DNA from: the human T2T-CHM13v2.0 reference genome, Homo sapiens
Assembly: GCF_009914755.1 (NCBI RefSeq)
Contig: NC_060934.1
Direction: 5' to 3' (one strand)
Length of the DNA stretch: 64,000 nucleotides
Made by a program: the position numbers and the translations under genes. Positions 45,690 through 58,744 of the stretch are shown here, piece by piece. A model generated the notes under the pieces. The model saw only the letters and a program-made list of their open reading frames with translations, had not been told where the DNA came from and did not search any database. The stretch's first letter is position 1. Each line of letters starts with the position of its first letter.

Positions 45690-46240
45690 GTATTAGTCAT
45701 GTCTCTTACTTTCTGAATTTGATGCTTTGACATCCAGGGCTTTGTTGCCCCTGGAGGGACTGTCCCTCTCAGGATAAGCTAATTCCTGGACATAAACAAC
45801 TTGCCTGCATGTATGTCTTCATATATAAACCAACCAATCCAGAGCTCATACCCCCTTCTTTATCCTTTCTTTATCACCCTCTATTCTTCTTATCTATCTT
45901 TATCCTTCTTTATCACTTTCATGTCCCAGGCCACTATCTGCCTGCCCTAATTGCCTCAGGGCCAGGTAGCAGACAACTAGGGACAGCCTCTCCTCCCCAA
46001 GACAGCATGAAATTATTCAAACTAGCCAATCCTAAGACTGGTTGCCCTGCCTTGCTTGTTCCTTCCTGTGGAAAGTGCAGTAAAGATTCTTCCTCGTGCT
46101 TTCCCCCGTCCCCTCTGTCTCCTGACTGACCGTGATGTTTCCCTGTTTTGCCTCTTGTGGTGTGAGGTGCCTACAGCTGGTAGGGAACCCTGAGTAGCAA
46201 AATAAACTGCTTCCCTCATGACACTTATTTCTGTGTTCAT
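45690..46240 (+). mobile_element. Solo ERVL-class LTR (MER74/LTR53-like)
   Basis: GATGCTTTGACATCCAGGG...CCCTGGAGGGACTG...CTAGCCAATCCTAA...AATAAACTG motifs. Confidence 0.55.
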
Positions 46241-48494
46241 GTGTCCTACCATACTGATTAAAACAAATCCTTGGTGCCATAAAAATAAATGACATTTCAA
46301 TTCATGCTTTATAATTAAATATGCCTTCTGCTGTAGGTCTCTAATAACTTTTATCAATATAGAAACATCTTCCTAAATTGCTAGCTTCTTATGAAGTTTT
46401 AAATTTTTTTTAACAAGGAGTGGTGTTGAATTTTATCAAGAGCTTTTTTGATGTTTATTGAAATAGTTGTTTTTTCTCCTATGAATTTTTCTAATAGAAA
46501 CTATACTGATTGAAAAATAGGTTAAAATTAAAGTTTCATCAAAGACTCCCAAGATATAATAGCTATGAAAGTCTAAATCACCGTTTGTAGGTTTTCATAG
46601 CGAATATCTGAGAACCTGCTCCACAAGTATTAATTCCCCTCACCTACTTTAACAATATGAAAGGATGTGGAGTGGAGAAGACTGCAGGGAGCTGCTGCCT
46701 TGCACTCTCCCCTACCTTGCCTTTGATAGTCATATGTATGGAAAGGAAAATAATGCACACTCTTAACCCTGGGTCTAGAGGAGGACTCTTCCAGAGGCCA
46801 CCAGGACAATTGACCAAAAAACTCCTGGAACTAATAAGCATTTATTATTGCTTACTAGTTGATCAATAGCTTGCTATTGATAGCAAGGTTGCAGCATACA
46901 GGATTAGTATAGAAAAATTCATTGCAGATGCTCTCCTGCACACCAACAATGAGCAATTGGAATTTGAAATTAAAAACACAATGCCATTTATGTTAACATT
47001 CCCACCACCACCAATGGAATATTTAGGTATAAATCTAACAAAATATATAAAAGATCTATGAGGAAAACTGCATAATTTTGATTAAGGAAATCAAAGAAGG
47101 ACTAAATGAATAGAGAGATATTCCATGTTCTCAGATAGGGAGGCCTAGCATTAACAAAATGTCAGTTCTTCCCAACTTGCTCTCTAGATTCAATGCAATC
47201 TCCATCAAAATCCCAGAAATATATCACTTGGATATTGACAAATTGATTCCAAAGTTTATATGGAGAGGCAAAAAAAAATGGCAGCACAATATTAGAAAAG
47301 AAGAAAAACAGAGGACTAATACCACCCAATTTCAAAATTTACAACAAAGCTACAGCAATCAAGACAGTGTGGTAGTGGCAAAAGAATAGATGAATAGATC
47401 AATGGAACAGAATAGAAAGTCCCAAAATAGACCTATACAAATACTTGACAAAGGGGCAAAGGCAATACAATGAGGAAAAGATAGTCTTTTCAACAGATGG
47501 CACTGGAACAACTTAATATCCATATGCAAAATCAAAAATCTAGACACAGATCTTACATCTTCCCCAAAATTTAAGTCAAAATGGATCATAGACCTAAGTA
47601 TAATGCACAAAATTATAAAACTTCTAGAATATAGGAGAAAACCTAGATAACCTTGGGCATGGCAATGACTTTTTAAATACAACACCACCAATGGCATGAT
47701 CCATGAAACAAATAATTGATAAGCTGGACCTCATTCAAATTAAAAACTTCTGTGAAACGCACAGTCAAGAGAATTAGAAGACAAGCCACAGACCAGGAAA
47801 AAAACACTTGTGAAAGATGTATCTGATAAAGTACTGTTATCAAAATACATGAAGAACTCTTAAAACAACAATAAGGAACAGCCCAATTAAAAAGTTCACA
47901 AAAGATCTGAACACACACCTCACCAAAGAAGATCTACAGTTGGCTAATAAGCATATGAAAAAATTGCTCAATGTCATATGTCATTAGGAAATAGCAAATT
48001 AAAACTGATACCACTACCTACCTATTCAAATGCTTAAATAGAAGACACTGACAATACCAAACAATGACAAGGATGGGGAGCAATAAGAATTCTCATTTAT
48101 TCTTGGAGGGAAAGCAAAATGAAACAGCCACTTTAGAAGACAGTTTGGCAGTTTCTTACACAGCTAAACACACTTTTTCCATATGATCCTGCAATTGCAC
48201 TCCTATTTACCTAAGTGAGTTGAAAACTGATATTCACACAAGTGTGTGCGCACGTTTCTAGCACCTTTATCCACAATCGCTAAAATTTGATGGCAACCAA
48301 GATGTCCAGCAATAGGGGAATGAATAAATGAACTATAGTTCATCCAGACAATGGAATATTATTCAGTGATAAGAAGAAATGAAGCCAAGATCACACCACT
48401 GCATTCCAACCTGGATGATAGAGTGAGACCCCATCTCAAAAAAAAAAAAAACTTAAAGAAGAAATGAATTATCAAGCCATGAAAAGATAATGGA

Positions 48495-48860
48495 GTGCTG
48501 TGGTTTGACTACGGATTGGCCCTTCCAAAACTCATGTTTAGGCTTGGTCCCCAAGGTGGCAGTGCTTTAAGAGATGGATCAATCTCTTTCAGGTGCTACG
48601 GGGTTAGTTCTCATGGGAATGCATTACTTCCCATGAGATTGGGTTGTTATAAGCAAGGTTGCCTCTCCTGGTTTGTCCCCCTTTTGCATGCAGCCACTTC
48701 TCCTTCTGCTTATCTGCCATGATATGATGCAGTCAGTGGGCCTTCCCCAGACACTGGCACCATGCTCTTTGGACTTCCCAGGCTCCAGAAGCATGATCCA
48801 AAATTATCTCTTTTTAAAATAAACTACCCATGTATTCTGCTATAGGAACAGAAAATGAGA
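48495..48860 (+). mobile_element. MaLR LTR (MST-like) nested in L1M
   Basis: TGCTGTGGTTTG...CCAAAACTCATGTT...GGACTTCCCAGGCTCCAGAA signature. Confidence 0.75.
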
Positions 48861-49930
48861 CATGGAGGAACCATAAATACATATTATTAAGGAAAAGAAA
48901 TCAATTAGAAATGGCTACATATGGTGATTCTAACTATATATTTTGGAAATGGTGCAATTACAGTGACAGTAAAAAAGACCAGTGGTTTCCAGGGTTTAAA
49001 GGGGAGGGAGAGATTAATAGGCGGAACACAGAATTTTTAGGACAGGGAAACTAATCTATATGATTCTATAATGGTGGATACATGCCATTGTACATTTCTG
49101 AAAACCCATAGATTGTGCAACATCAAGAGTAAACCTGCAGTAAACTGTGGACTTTGGGTACTAATGATGTGTCAATGTAGGTTCCTCAATTGTTTCAGTA
49201 TGATTTTTGTAGCATTTTGGTAGTGGAGGAGGCTGTGCATGTGTGGGGATGGGAAAAATGGGAACTCCCAATACATTCTGCTCAATTTTGCTGTGAATCT
49301 AATACTGGTCTAAAACGTAAAGTCTATGTCAAAAAACAGAAACCAAAAATGGATGGCTTTAACGTAGATTAGATTGTGCTGAAGAAAAGAATTAGTGAAT
49401 AGAAATTAATGTCTGATTAATATACCCAGAATAGATAAAGAAATGGAAAATATACACAATTAAGAGATAGGGAGGCTAGTGTTAGAAGATCTAACATATA
49501 TTTCATTAGAGTTTTAGAAGAAGCGAATAAGGAGAGGCAATGCTTGAAAACAATATAAATTACATTTTTTTTGGAATAGTGAAAGACAGATATTTCTAGA
49601 TTCAGAAACCTCAGTAAAATATCTGGCAACTTAAGTAAAAAGAAACCCACAGTTATACCCACTGTATGCACCAAAGACGAAGAAAAGGTCTTAAAATCAT
49701 GCAGAGGGGAAACAAAGAGATGACCTAATAGAAATAATAATTTGACAGCTGACTTCTCAACAGCAACAGTGAAAGGGAGAAGACAGTGGGGACAATTCCC
49801 TCAAAAAGCTGAGAGTTTGTACTGTCAATTGAAATTTTACATCCACTGAAACTGTCTTTGAAGAATGAGGGTGAAATAATGATAATCTAGGAAAAAAAGA
49901 AGTCAGCTATAACTCAACTACTAGGCAATA

Positions 49931-49931
<1 letters not shown>

Positions 49932-49964
<33 letters not shown>
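49932..49964. repeat. (GT)n microsatellite
   Basis: Perfect TG run. Confidence 0.97.
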
Positions 49965-49967
<3 letters not shown>

Positions 49968-50273
49968 AAACCAAAGTGTTCCAAAGTCCCTGTATTTCCT
50001 AGGTTAAAATTGTTTAACTTGGGACTTTATTGAGTATGGATATTAGCATTATAACTGGCCATTAAAAGAATAGACACAGTATATAACTTTTCAACAAGAA
50101 GCTTAAAAACAGGAGTAAGGGAAAAATCCTAATCACATGAAGTAGACAAGAAAGGAAGATAAAAACCCCAGAAAAATCCAGGGTAATAGGAAGTACAAAA
50201 TAAGATGTTAAAAACAAATACAAATATATAATCACAGTAAGAGTAGTAAGAAGAGGCCGGATGTGGTGGCTCA

Positions 50274-50533
<260 letters not shown>

Positions 50534-51807
50534 CTAAAAAAAAAAAAAAGAAAATTAAAAAAGTAAAAAGAATAAACTTGCAATTAAAAGATAATTCCTG
50601 AAGTAGAGATAAACACAACAAAATCTGCTGTCATTAAAAATGGCAAACATAGAACATAAAGGCATAGAGAGTTTGAAAGTGCATGAATAGATTTGTCAGG
50701 CAAATACCTGAAAAAAGACGACACAGCTGCATGAGTACAAGAAAAAAAGCAGAAAACATTGCATGGTGATGGACGGTTCAACTCACCAGGAAGTCACATA
50801 CATAATTTTTGTTTACACTTAATAATTAACCATGTCAGAATATATAAGGCACAATTCACCAGAACAATGAAAAGATATTGACAAATCTGCCCTCAGAAGA
50901 TTTTAAAATATCCTTCTTAGTAATTGATGGATGCAGCAGACCAGATAACAAGCTGCAGGCAGAAAATTTGTGGAACATGCTAAACAAGCTTGTTCTAAGG
51001 AACACGTGTAGTACATTGTACCCAAGCACACATAAACCATCGGTAAAAATGGATCACACATCAAGCCATAAGTCTCAAGCACACTTCAAAGGCTCAATTA
51101 TCATGGAATTGGGTCATTTCAGTATCATACCAGCCAAGATTCCTATGATCAAACAAAATATGAGGCTTAAATATTCATTCTCCTCTTTGAGGACCTACTG
51201 TAAAATCTTAGTTCATATTCTATCATGTGACAGATTAAATCATGTTTTCTGTAAACTCTACCAAACCCTGTGGGTTTTGCTGCAGTTGGCCTATTACATG
51301 GGTCTTTGCCCCAGTGGCAGCATTATAAAAGAAATTATGGATTTTCATAAGCTGTGATATAGCATTACTGCCCTATATCATTAATTATACAGTTCATAAT
51401 ATATTATTATCCTTGCACTTCCTCTCTAATGTCCAATTTCACCCCACTTTTTGCACTCCCCCCACCTCCAGTATCTCACTAAAATATTCATAAAGGAGCA
51501 AAGTTTGCTGCATTTTCAGGGTCAATCTAAATAATCCCACTCAGGTAGAGGTAGTTCTTGTAAAGACCTCTCAGCCAGACACCAAAGATTGTGTTCCACT
51601 TGAGTGAAAATCACAGGGTTGACGATTGTCATGAGAACCCTCTATTCATGGACTTGCCTGGTTCTATTTGTCAGGGTTTTCTTAACATGAGTGACCCCAT
51701 TTTGATTCTGACAACTTTCACAGCTCTCTTCGCTGAACCTTTCCTGTATTGTCCCAGAGATCGGCATAATGACCATTATGTAGTCAGGTATCAGAAAAGC
51801 TGTGTCT

Positions 51808-52042
51808 TTCACATGGACGCAAAGAGGGGAACAACATACACTGGGGCCTGTTGTGGGGGGTTGAGGGGAGGGAGAGCATCAGGACAAATAGCTAACACAT
51901 GCTGGGCCTCGTATTTAGGTGATGTGTTGATAGATGCAGCAAACCACCATGGCACATGTTTACCTATGTAACAAATCTGCATGTTCTGCACATGTATCCT
52001 GAACTTAAAGTAAAATAAAATTTAAAAAAAAATTAAAAAGAA
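51808..52042 (+). mobile_element. Short L1PA 3'-end insertion
   Basis: CACATGGACGCAAAGAGGGGAAC...GCAAACCACCATGGCAC...CTTAAAGTAAAATAAAA with A-tail. Confidence 0.88.
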
Positions 52043-52255
52043 AAGCCGTATTATTACTGTATCTGACATCAAAAGAACATGATATACTAAAACTGGAGTT
52101 ACTGTTCCTGAGATAAAATTTAATGTAAAGCAAATTTACCTTCTATCCTATTTCAAGCATATGCTCAAAAAATTAAGAACACCTTGCCAGTTTTAATTAC
52201 TAAATATTTTGGTTTTAAAACTAAATTTGTTTCATTTTAAATTTCCATTTAGCCT

Positions 52256-52728
52256 GCAGGGGTGTCCAATCTTTTGGCTTCCCTGGGACACACATAAGAC
52301 CTACTAACACTCGTGATAGCTGATCAGCTAAAAAAAAAAATTGCAAAAAGATCTCATAATTTTTTTAAGAGAGAGTCTTGCCCTGTCGTCCAGGATTGAG
52401 TGCAGTAGCAAGATCTCAGCTCACTGCAGGCTCCACCTCCTGGGTTCAAAGGATTCTCCTCCTCAGCCTCTGGAGTTGCTGGGATTACAGGCATGCGTCA
52501 CCGCACCTGGCTAATTTTTGTATTTTTAGTACAGATAGGGTTTTGCCATATTGGCCAAGCTGGTCTCGAACTCCTGATCTCAAGTGATCTGCCAGCCTTG
52601 GCCTCCCAATAGTGCTGGGATTACAAGTGTGAGTCACCGCGCCCTACAAAGAGCTTATAATGTTTTAATATTTGTTGGGCAGCATTCAAAGTTGTCCTGG
52701 GCCACGGGAGCCCGTGGGTTGAGACAGC
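52256..52728 (+). mobile_element. MER30 DNA transposon interrupted by an antisense Alu (~52358-52643)
   Basis: CAGGGGTGTCCAATCTTTTGGCTTCCCTGGG start; ...GCATTCAAAGTTGTCCTGGGCCAC...GGGTTG end. Confidence 0.8.
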
Positions 52729-53304
52729 ATGATCTACAGCTTACTCTTCTCCAAATACTAAAACATACCATTAATTGCCTTCCTTAATTTTAAGAAAATA
52801 GCCTTTTAGCCCATCAGAAGCCAATTTGAAAGAGAAGAGATATAGGTAACAAGAGGCTAGGATAAGCTGGGCAGTAAATGTATCTCTGAGGGAAAACCTT
52901 CCAGATTGAAATACACAGCAATAAGATTGCTTTTACCTGGCCCTACATTCTTTTTTACAGGATACTAACAGCATTGTAATAATAGAGAATTCAAAAACTA
53001 TCTAAAGACTATTTTTTTAAATTACTGTTATTCAAGCACTAAAAAAGCAAAACCAAAACAGCCTGTGTCCAGGGCTCCAATCAATCAAGCAACGGGAATC
53101 TCAGAGCAAGGGAACAGGCTCTGCTGGTCATATTTCCTCGTTTTTCTTTCTCGATTTTCCTGAAAATTCTGAAGGTCACAGAGGTAGAGATGAAAATCTA
53201 AGATCACCAAGACTTAAGAAGGCATGGGATGGTGAAAGCTATTTTTAATTATAGTATTGACCTCAAGATTGACTGACCCAATAATCCTTATAGAAATACT
53301 GTAG

Positions 53305-53664
53305 GAAGAACGTTTAACTTTTATTCATTTATTTTATTTATTTGCTGCTTCTGAACATTGATGCTTCGTGTCTCTTGCGGGGGTGGGGCATTAGGAGGCC
53401 TCTTGGCGACCGCGGGGGGAGGGAGCACGAAGTCCAGGGGCGGCGGGAGCTCTGGGTCGTCCAAGGGTGGTGGCTGTGGCGGCAGGAAGTAGTCTGGCAG
53501 GGAGGGGAAGCCCCTGCCGCCTGTGTTCTTGGCCTTGGAGGGGCGTGGCGGGGCTGCTGCTGGTATCCCTGGACCTCTGCACCAGAGGAGGCGGGGCAGG
53601 CTGGACTTGGGGCCGTGCGGGGCCCAGAGTGCTCCTGCCGGTTCCCGAGGGCTGGCTTCTTATC
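53305..53664 (-). pseudogene. Degenerate duplicated last exon of APBB1IP (RIAM Pro-rich C-terminus) with poly(A) signal
   Basis: Acceptor TTGTTTGCAG|GAT; mixed-frame peptides DKKPALGN, RSRDTSSSPATPL, DYFLPPQPPPLDDPELPPP, PPPAVAKRPP match the RIAM C-terminus; frameshifts and internal deletions; AATAAA on minus strand at 53320-53325. Confidence 0.85.
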
Positions 53665-53993
53665 CTGCAAACAAGCGACGGCAGCATTCATTATTTTAAA
53701 ATTTTCGAAATTTTAAATATATTGTTATTAATTAATGGAGACAGGGTCTCCCTCTGTCGCCCAGGCTGAGTGCAATGGCGCGATCTGGGCTCACTGCAGC
53801 CTCGATCTCCTGAGCTCAAGCGATCCTCCCGCCTCAGTCTTGTGAGTAGCATTCTTTATTCTTGACAAAACAGCCCCAGTGGACAGGACCATGCCATAGA
53901 TAGGCGAGGTCTCTGTCTGCCCCCTGGGGAGCCTCCGTCCCTCAGTCACTGAGACCCCTGGTTGTTCATGAGCTCATCTTCACTCTGGAATAG

Positions 53994-54260
<267 letters not shown>

Positions 54261-55797
54261 TGATCTGCCTGCCTCTGCCTCCCAAAGTGCTGGAATTACA
54301 GGCACGAGTCACCGCACCTGGCTTTTTTGTGTGTGTGTGTGTGACAGGATCTCGCTGTGTCACCCAGGCTGGAGTGCAGTGGTGCAAGCTCGACTCACTG
54401 CAACCTCTGCTTCTAGGGCTCAGTGATCCTCATGCCTCAGCCTCCTGAGTTGCTGGGATGACAAGCATGTGCCACCATGCCCAGCTAATTTTTGTATTTT
54501 TTGTAGAGAGAGTTTTTTGCCATGTTGCTCAGGCTGGTCTCCAACTCCTGGGCTCAAGTGATCTGCCCACCTAGGCCTCCCAAATAACAGGTGTGAGCCA
54601 CCTCACCCGGACAGTTTACCTTTTCTCAACTGCATGAAAGTTGGCTGGTTCACCGGGTATAAAATGAGCCCTGTAGTCCCTATTATGACCTGTGTCTCAG
54701 ATTGTGATGAGATCAAATGAGATATATATATATATGAGTTCTAAAAAGAAAAATTATCAGCATGCTACTGGTAGAAACCAGAATGCTAAATTTGGCTAAA
54801 GTCCATTAGAGGCATAGCCCTTCCTCTGCCAATGCTGGAATACATTATAATAATTTGTATTTATATAATGAAACGTCCCCAGGCAGCTGGATTGAATCCC
54901 TCTGTTTTAGTGGTAATTATCATTCCAATTTACATTTCATCAGGGTTCCAGTTTATTTCTTCCTCTGCTTAATAGTTTCTTACCACTGAAGATTAAATCT
55001 GCAAATTTTTTTTCTAACAAAGTGCCTTGTGATTTAGTTTCTATTTTATTTAGTTTATTTACTTAGCATGATACGCTAATTAACTGGCGATGTACTTTTT
55101 CCTTTTTAAAAAATTTCTGAGCAGGTAGGTTGGGTATTGATGTTCACATATAGTTAAGTGATTTCTATTCTGGGATTCTTTTATTTCTTTCAGCATTTTT
55201 AAATGCTTTCCTTTGATTGGCATTGTAGAAATAATGAAAATAGTAATAGCTGACAGCACATTGCATGAGAAGCAGAGGCTTGAGAAGATAATGAGAACAT
55301 TAAAGAAATACAACTTTTACAGGCCTGCAGTGGTTGTCAAAGTTATAAGAAGTTCAATAAATACTAAGATGTAATTGTTTTCACCACTGACTGATGGACA
55401 AAATGAAGGGGTGAAAGAAGTGAAAAATTGCTAAAGTGAAGCACCCTGCCTGTCCTAGCTGGGTAATATGCTATTGTCACAGTTATTTAAGGTTGTTTTG
55501 AATCACATGTGAGAAATACTCAACAGAATTTATACAGTCAACTGAGAGGTTTTGAACTAGATTAGTAACTAAATCATAATTATTAACTATGATTTTAAGA
55601 TAGATTTAAGTGAATCCTCATTGACCTATTTGGTTGAAAAAATGCTGTGGAGGATGTCATACCTATTGGCTATTATTTTAAAATGTATTTTCTCCTCCAT
55701 CACCCTGGGGATGTATGTAGGACATTAATGGGGAAAATAGACAATGCACATTTTTAGTGTAACCCTTTTTTATCTTTTTTTAAGACAAGGTCTTTAA

Positions 55798-55935
<138 letters not shown>

Positions 55936-56129
55936 TAATTTCTTGTAAAGATGAGCCCTTGTTCTGTCGCTCAGGCTGGTCTGGAACTCCGGAGCTCAAG
56001 CAATTCTCCTGTTTCGGCCTCCCAAAGTACTGGGATTACAGGCGTGAGCCACCGTACCCGTACCCAACCTGTTTGCCTGTTTTCTCTCTCTCTCTCTCTC
56101 TCTTTTTTTTTTTTTTTTTTTTTTTTTGA

Positions 56130-56300
<171 letters not shown>

Positions 56301-56508
56301 TAGTAGAGACGGGGTTACCCCATGGTCTCGATCTCCTGACCTCGTGATCCGCCCGCATCAGCCTCCCAAAGTGCTGGAATTATAGGCGTGAGCCACCGCG
56401 TGTTTTCTATTTTTAAAAGAGCAGTTATTGGAACAATGCGAATGGTTGAGAACATGGGCTTTGGGGGACGGCTGGATGGAATGTATGTCAGCTGCTTGCT
56501 GGTTTTAC

Positions 56509-56612
56509 CTTCGATGTTTCAGCATGTGTTTGGGCCTTTTCCAGAACAGCACTGACAGAATGTGCAGCCTGGGGCATCTGTCCATTGGGCTTGGTGATGC
56601 CTTTTATAGGTC
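56509..56612 (-). pseudogene. Duplicated copy of the penultimate APBB1IP (RIAM) exon, 104 bp
   Basis: CTCTCAG|GA...AAG|GTAAAA; translates (G)PIKGITKPNGQMPQAAHSVSAVLEKAQTHAETSK versus recalled RIAM GPKTGTTQPNGQIPQATHSVSAVLQEAQRHAETSK. Confidence 0.88.
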
Positions 56613-58744
56613 CTGAGAGGGAGGAAGTGAGAAAAGAAGAGTGAGCAAAGAATTTTCAACATTCTTGAAAGTTAATCTGAAAATACAAAGCAGTTTACAT
56701 CTATAAAGCAAAGAAAGATACTTCCTGGCTACTTCTTACAAAAAATAAATAAATAAATAAAAACAAAGCAAAGAGAGCAATTCACAGGCATGACGTGGTA
56801 CACAAAACCGTATGAAAAAGCTGAGGTTCTGTGACAAAACTTTATATGAGATTCAGCAAAAGATTCAGGAAGGTGAGTAGGGTATTTGATAAAGCCCACT
56901 GAGGAGGGTCTGGATTAACTGGGATTGTGGAGAGGAATAGTATGTTTTACTTTTGAAAACCTTTCAATAATTGAAGAATAAACCTTGAAAACCAATTTTC
57001 TTTCAAAAAAATTGTATTGTTGATTTCCTTAAAATGTATTTATCTAGTTTCATACCGTGCTGAGTGCAGGAACAATGTTTGAACATTGTTCTCAACAAAG
57101 AGTATATTAAGCTGAGTGCGGTGCCTCACGCCTCTAATCCCCGCACTTTGAGAGGCTGAGGCAGGCAGATCACGAGGTCAGGAGCTCGAGACCATCCTGG
57201 CCAACGTGGTGAAACCCTGTATCTACTAAAAATACAAAAATTAGCTGGGCGTGGTGGCACATGCCTGTAGTCCCAGCTACTCAGTAGGCTGAGGCACAAG
57301 TGTCGCTGAACCTGGGAGGCGGAGGTTGTAGCGAGCCGAGATCACGCAACTGCTCTCCAGCCTGGTGACAGGGTGAGACTCAGTCTCAACAACAGCAACA
57401 ACAACAACAACAACAACGAAAGAGTACATTGGACACAGAAACAATGGAAATAATCTGGAATTAGATGTGAGTTTTTTTGTTTTCCCCAAAAGTCCTGGTA
57501 TTACGATTTTATTTTCTTGCCTTTTTATTTGTCCTTTTGACACAAAGCTTGACTCATGGAAGGTCTGCAGTTGTTAGAGAATCAGACAGAGGAAGCTCTA
57601 CGTTGATTTCTCGGCTCCTTAGAAAGGATCCCGCCAAGGATGGCCGCCTCTCCACACCGGGGCTGTTTCTCCTTCAAGTGAATTGCTGCCCAGCCCACAC
57701 CAGAAGGTCTTCCGCTCCTCTCCCTGTGAATGCAGAGATGCTTTAGCCATGCTCAGCACCACTGTTCTATCTAATATTCACAAACTGCCTGTTTATTTCT
57801 TCAACTAGTTTTCCAGTAATTTGAGAAACCTATTAATCTACATGACAACTCAAAGAATGACTTCAGGAGATTAGGAAAAAAGCAAAAAAGAAGGCAGTGG
57901 GGAATATTTGGCTGGGTTCTGGTGGCTCATTCCTGTAATCACAGCCCTAGGGGAGGCCAAGGCAGGCGCATCACTTGAAGTCAGGAGTTCGAGAACAGAC
58001 TGGCCAATTTGGTGAAACCCAGTCACGACTAAAAATACAAAAAATTTAGTTGGGCGTCGTGACCCACGCCTCTAATCCCAGGTACTCGGGAGGCTGAAGC
58101 AGGAGGACCACATGAACTCAGGAAGCAAGGGTTGCAGCGAGCTGACGTCACGACATAGCATTCCAGCCTGGGTGACAGAATGAGACTCAGTCTCAAAAAA
58201 AAGAATGATACCAGGGGAAAATGGTAGGAAGGGGGAGAAAGATAAGAGACTACAAATTGGATTCCGTGTGCACTGCTTGGGTGATTGGTTCACCAAAATC
58301 TCACAAATCTCCACTAAAGGAGTTAATAACTAAATACTACCTGTTTGCCAAAAATTTATGAAAAGAAAAATTAAAAATTTTTTTAAATTGTGACAATTGA
58401 GTGTCGTACTTTCAAGTTACAAAGGCACATCTATCATGAGGCTTAATTATTCTAATGTTTAAAGAAATGAAAAGAACAACCAGAGTTTAAATAGAAAAGC
58501 TGTCAGCATTTCATCTACAGCAATGAAATCTGTAGCATGCATTTTGTATTTTGAAACTTAGTTTTCAGCCAGCCTAGGGGAAGAAGAGGAGGAAACAGAA
58601 CTGGGCATTGGGGTAGGTAGGAGGAAAGTAAGAAACCGGCTGGAAACAGCAGGGAAAGAAGAAGGGATCAGGACTCGAGGCAGAGCCAGTCCTCCTGGTT
58701 GGGGCCTGGGCATAGGAAAGCAAACTCTAGGCAGGAGGAAGGAG

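Noticed and set aside
50878-51357. 159-aa ORF
   Set aside because: TTG start, overlaps decayed L1M endonuclease-region sequence, and has no coherent domain
53305-53700. Processed (retro) pseudogene interpretation of the APBB1IP-like segment
   Set aside because: It retains an intronic acceptor, has a separate upstream exon across an intron, and lacks a poly(A) tail and TSD
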